64,000 nt of DNA from Camelus ferus. Lineage: Eukaryota. The stretch covers positions 116,004,001 to 116,068,000 of the forward strand of contig NC_045697.1 in NCBI RefSeq assembly GCF_009834535.1. Direction: 5' to 3'. A program made the translations under genes and the position numbers. The notes below the pieces were generated by a model. That model searched no databases and was not told where the DNA came from. It was given only the letters and a program-made list of their open reading frames with translations. Within the stretch, counting starts at the first letter, position 1, and every line of letters starts with the position of its first letter. Below, piece by piece: positions 60,421 to 64,000 of this stretch.

Positions 60421-60578
60421 CTGGAGTGGTGCTGAAGTCCAGGATGCGGTGGTGGGACTGCAGCAGGTCAGGGTTACTGGACGACAGGGTCCCGCTGACG
60501 GGCAGAGCGGCTGGGATGTGCTTTGTCTGCCTCAGTCCCACTATGCTGTCATCCTGAGACTGACCGATCCCAATATCG
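60421..60578 (-). CDS. RAPGEF2: RAPGEF2 coding exon ([10 protein letters not shown]...ILDFSTTP), most 5' exon visible in the window
   Basis: Acceptor ctttttgtccag and donor G|gtgag on the minus strand; 158 nt (1+156+1); peptide matches the RAPGEF2 region just before the RA domain. Confidence 0.95.
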
Positions 60579-63500
60579 CTGGACAAAAAGGGAAGTCAGG
60601 AAACCAACGATCAGCAAGTGAAGAAGCTACAACTCCTCACTATACAGGAGGCACCGACAATAAATAAACCATATTTCATATGACTCACAGTTACTATAAA
60701 AATGTCATTAATACATTTGGTTGTAAATTGCAAAACCAATGACTGCTTAAGTGTATCTACTCCACTGATGTTCCTGAAGTTCATACTGTGTTTCTCTAAA
60801 ACCTATGTCTTCTTAACTAGACAAATCAGGACAAACATTAGTAGTTTCTGAGTAGAGAAATACATTCAAGAAAAGACAAGTTCTAGTTACTCATGGAAAT
60901 AAATTTAAGAAAAAGCACACTTTAAAAAAGGCATTTCGTCCCTCAGATGATGACTTCTGCCTCAGAATGATAAGTTGTTTTATAATTTTATCTTTAAGAA
61001 CTGAAGAAACTGAGTAAAATGAATAGAGGGAAAAAAATCCCAATTTCATTTTCCAATGTTTCTGAGAAATAAATGAGATCACGGTGGAGTCAAATGTAAC
61101 GAAGGCCTGACACAGACACTATTTCTTAGTTACACAGAGCGTAAAGAAGCAGTGCTGCGTGGTGACATTTCTTGGCATCAGAGAAGAGGCAGTGAAGTCC
61201 GATGACTCACTTTTAACTCTCTACTCAAAATTTCTAGTTATACATTTAAGGTCCCAGAGAAATACTGCTTACTACTGCTGGGTACAAACTTATTTCCATT
61301 TATAAAAGCCTGGGGACAACTTTGAAACGTGATTTAATAATACATAAAAATTGTTTCTAGATTTGAAGGGCCAACTGTTTCCAAAACAAAACATCAGAAT
61401 AAAACAATAAGTACACACAAAACACAAAATAACTAGGTCACAAGCATGTGGTTATAGTTCCGACCACTTTCTACGAACACCTTGAAATGAGGAGAAAGAA
61501 AATCACACCAAGGTTGGGATGTAAACCAAGGTGTCACAAATAAAATGAAGACACTCAGAATCAACTAGACTGTCAGACACTACAGCCTGATCTTAATACC
61601 TGTCATTTTTAATGGATGTCCAAAAAAAAAAAAAAAAAGTCCAGCAGTATTCTTCCTCTTTGTTTTTTGGGGGAAATGGAAATTATAGAGGCAAGTAAGC
61701 AAGGACAAGGCTAAAGATGATTTGAGTGCAAGCTCTTCATAACACAAGTAAGCCCACAACAAAATTCAGTTTCCACTGAAGTGCATAGAGCCATTCATAT
61801 AAAGACAGAAAGGAGGGATGTTTTGTGAAACATTAAAAGCTTCCCAGTATTAGTGGAATTTTATTTTTCAACCATATAAACCAGTCTTTACTGCCAAAAG
61901 TACTAGATGCCGTGTATGATGTGAGACAACGTCTGTGGACCCCGCCACGGCAGAGCCCGCGGGGCTGATGCTGCACCGTGCCCGGTCCCCTGCAGGCGTG
62001 CCCACGAGGCCGCCTTCTTCAACGACTCGTCCCCCACCTCTTAACACCCCACAGGGGCTCGAGCACTCCATCCTCACCTGTGTCTCCCCTGGATGGATAG
62101 GACGTTGTACTAAAGACTGAAACCTCTAAGCACACCCTCTCAGTGCTTGGCCTCTCTAACTCCCTCACGCCTACTGAAGTTTTCCTGACCTTTGTTAACT
62201 TTCTGCATAGACTGTTGACTTATGCCCTCTTTCCTCTGGGGTCGGTGATCTGGCTCCATGGAGAACCAGACCTGGGTCCTACAGTCCGCCTGCCCCACCG
62301 CCTCCCCCGTCCACTCACCTCACCCCACCGTGCCTCCCTCTGCCAACCTGCTGGCACCTTGGCTTCTGTAATGGTGAGTGACTGAGAGGAAAACAACCAG
62401 TATTTCTAGAGGATTTATCCACTTGACTAGTTAAGCAGCTTTGCCCCCCGCCCCCGCAAAAAATTGTAAACATATGCTAATTTCTAGGAGAGAAAAGTTT
62501 AAGTGGCGACTAGTATTAAATCAAGTCTCTCATACCAATATAATAGAGCCTACAGTTTACTGAGCCTTCTTTTAAATATAATCATTCTTTTCACTTCAAT
62601 TCCATTGCCATCGCGTGTATGGGTTATTTAAAATCATTTTCATAATAAAATATTTAAATGAGTCCTACATGTTCTTCAGGGCAAATTATTTAAGATGATT
62701 CCTCAGTGCTTTAAAATCAACACATGTCATTATTATCCTTTTTTCTTTTCCCTTTTCTGGCTTTTGAGTATCTTTCTAAATACACGTAGAATAAAATCAT
62801 AGAGTGTTCTCCCTGCACCGTGGATGGATTACAGCCCAGCTCTTACATGTCACGTTTCTATTAATACTTGCCAGGGTCACGCTGACTTCTGTTAGATGTT
62901 TTTAAAGGTTCATATTTAGCTCATCAAGTATGACTCTAAGATTTTTTTTTGTTACTGTGCTAATAACTCTACACTAAAGAGATTTATTATTTTAGCCACT
63001 TAAAAATGAGTTTTTCATCAAGAGAGGTCACTTTAAAAAAAATCGATGCCTGTTTTCTGTAATGCCAGCAGGCCTAATCCACCGTCTCTTAGAAACTGAC
63101 TGGGTATAAACACACCCCAGGTCTATAAATAAAACCACCATGCTCGCTGCGAATCCGCAGGACTCTGTGTAGCTGTCTCTTCTAGCTCATATGAAACCAC
63201 CAATCATTATAGTTTAATGGGGAAAACACAAGTTTGACAATCAACCCATCAAACAGCATATTCTAGGCCATTTCTCTAATCTTTGGATGAAAATTTTATC
63301 TGAAGTGGAATAAGAAAAAAAAATTTAGTGGAATAAGATCCACTAAATTATCCAAGAAAGAAAACAACCTTCGTGTTCTCAAGTTATCTCTTTTACCACT
63401 GCAGCTTGAGGAATAGATAATAAATGAATTCAGGGTACCCATGTAATTCAATATTTAAAAAAATTTTGGCTGATGGTAATTGAGTTTTGTAAAACATCCA

Positions 63501-64000
63501 CGGACACAGAAGGAGCTAAAATGAAGAAATGAGCGTGCAAAGAAGCAAAGCTAAAAGAGCGTGACACCTGCCACTCGGTCTGGTCTGAGCTCCCGGCACA
63601 CGTGAACAGCCAGGAAGGGACTGGAGAATACACGTGACACTCAGGCCACAGAGCCCACCGCGGGGAGGAATGGAGTTCTGGGCTCGGCTGCCGACATCGT
63701 GGCCATCGTTAAATGACTGAGGACAGGAGAGGGGAAGAAAGAGAACGGCGAGGGCGAACAGTAGCACCTAGAGGCAGGGATGGTGGCTGGCAGAGATGGG
63801 AGAGAGGACACCCAGGAACGGACAGACAGGGGCAGAGATGCCGCCAAGTTTCAGGAAGACAGGAGCAAACACATTCTTACTTTTCAGAAGTCCAAGCGAG
63901 AAAAAGAACAGTTCAAGGGAGGAAGTGCTAACTACCTCTGATGAAGACTGAGATGGGCAAGTAAGGGGCCAGAATGGGACTGAAACAAACTGGACTGTTC

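Noticed and set aside
60579..64000. Next upstream RAPGEF2 exon
   Set aside because: No exon with matching peptide and splice sites was found; treated as intron continuing beyond the window
1..64000. CRISPR array, operon or prokaryotic defence system
   Set aside because: The sequence is intron-containing mammalian DNA with no regularly spaced repeat-spacer array

Overview
Mammalian genomic DNA, very probably camelid (alpaca/camel). This is inferred from at least nine copies of a tRNA-Ala-derived SINE matching the Vic-1 type. The right part (~40.56-64 kb) is the 3' portion of RAPGEF2 (PDZ-GEF1/CNrasGEF) on the minus strand. Thirteen coding exons were traced by hand, all with GT-AG boundaries and consistent phases: 2842 nt, about 946 aa, covering the RA domain, the CDC25 GEF domain, a 24-nt microexon, PY motifs and the C-terminal VSAV PDZ ligand. 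A ~2 kb 3'UTR ends near a double AATAAA. The upstream exons lie beyond the window. The left ~40 kb is gene-free downstream DNA dominated by interspersed repeats (L1, L2, MIR, SINEs, MaLR/ERVL/ERV1 LTRs, hAT and Tigger DNA transposons). Repeat family names are from recall, not from a database search. I found no convincing new biological system. The most notable items are: an exact 189-bp non-tandem duplication bracketing an inverted SINE pair; an apparent retroposed mRNA 3' end nested in a SINE tail; an internally deleted ERV-L provirus with a perfect TSD; a strongly GC-shifted penultimate RAPGEF2 exon; and a hairpin with inverted TCF/LEF sites. Most ORFs in the supplied track are spurious.
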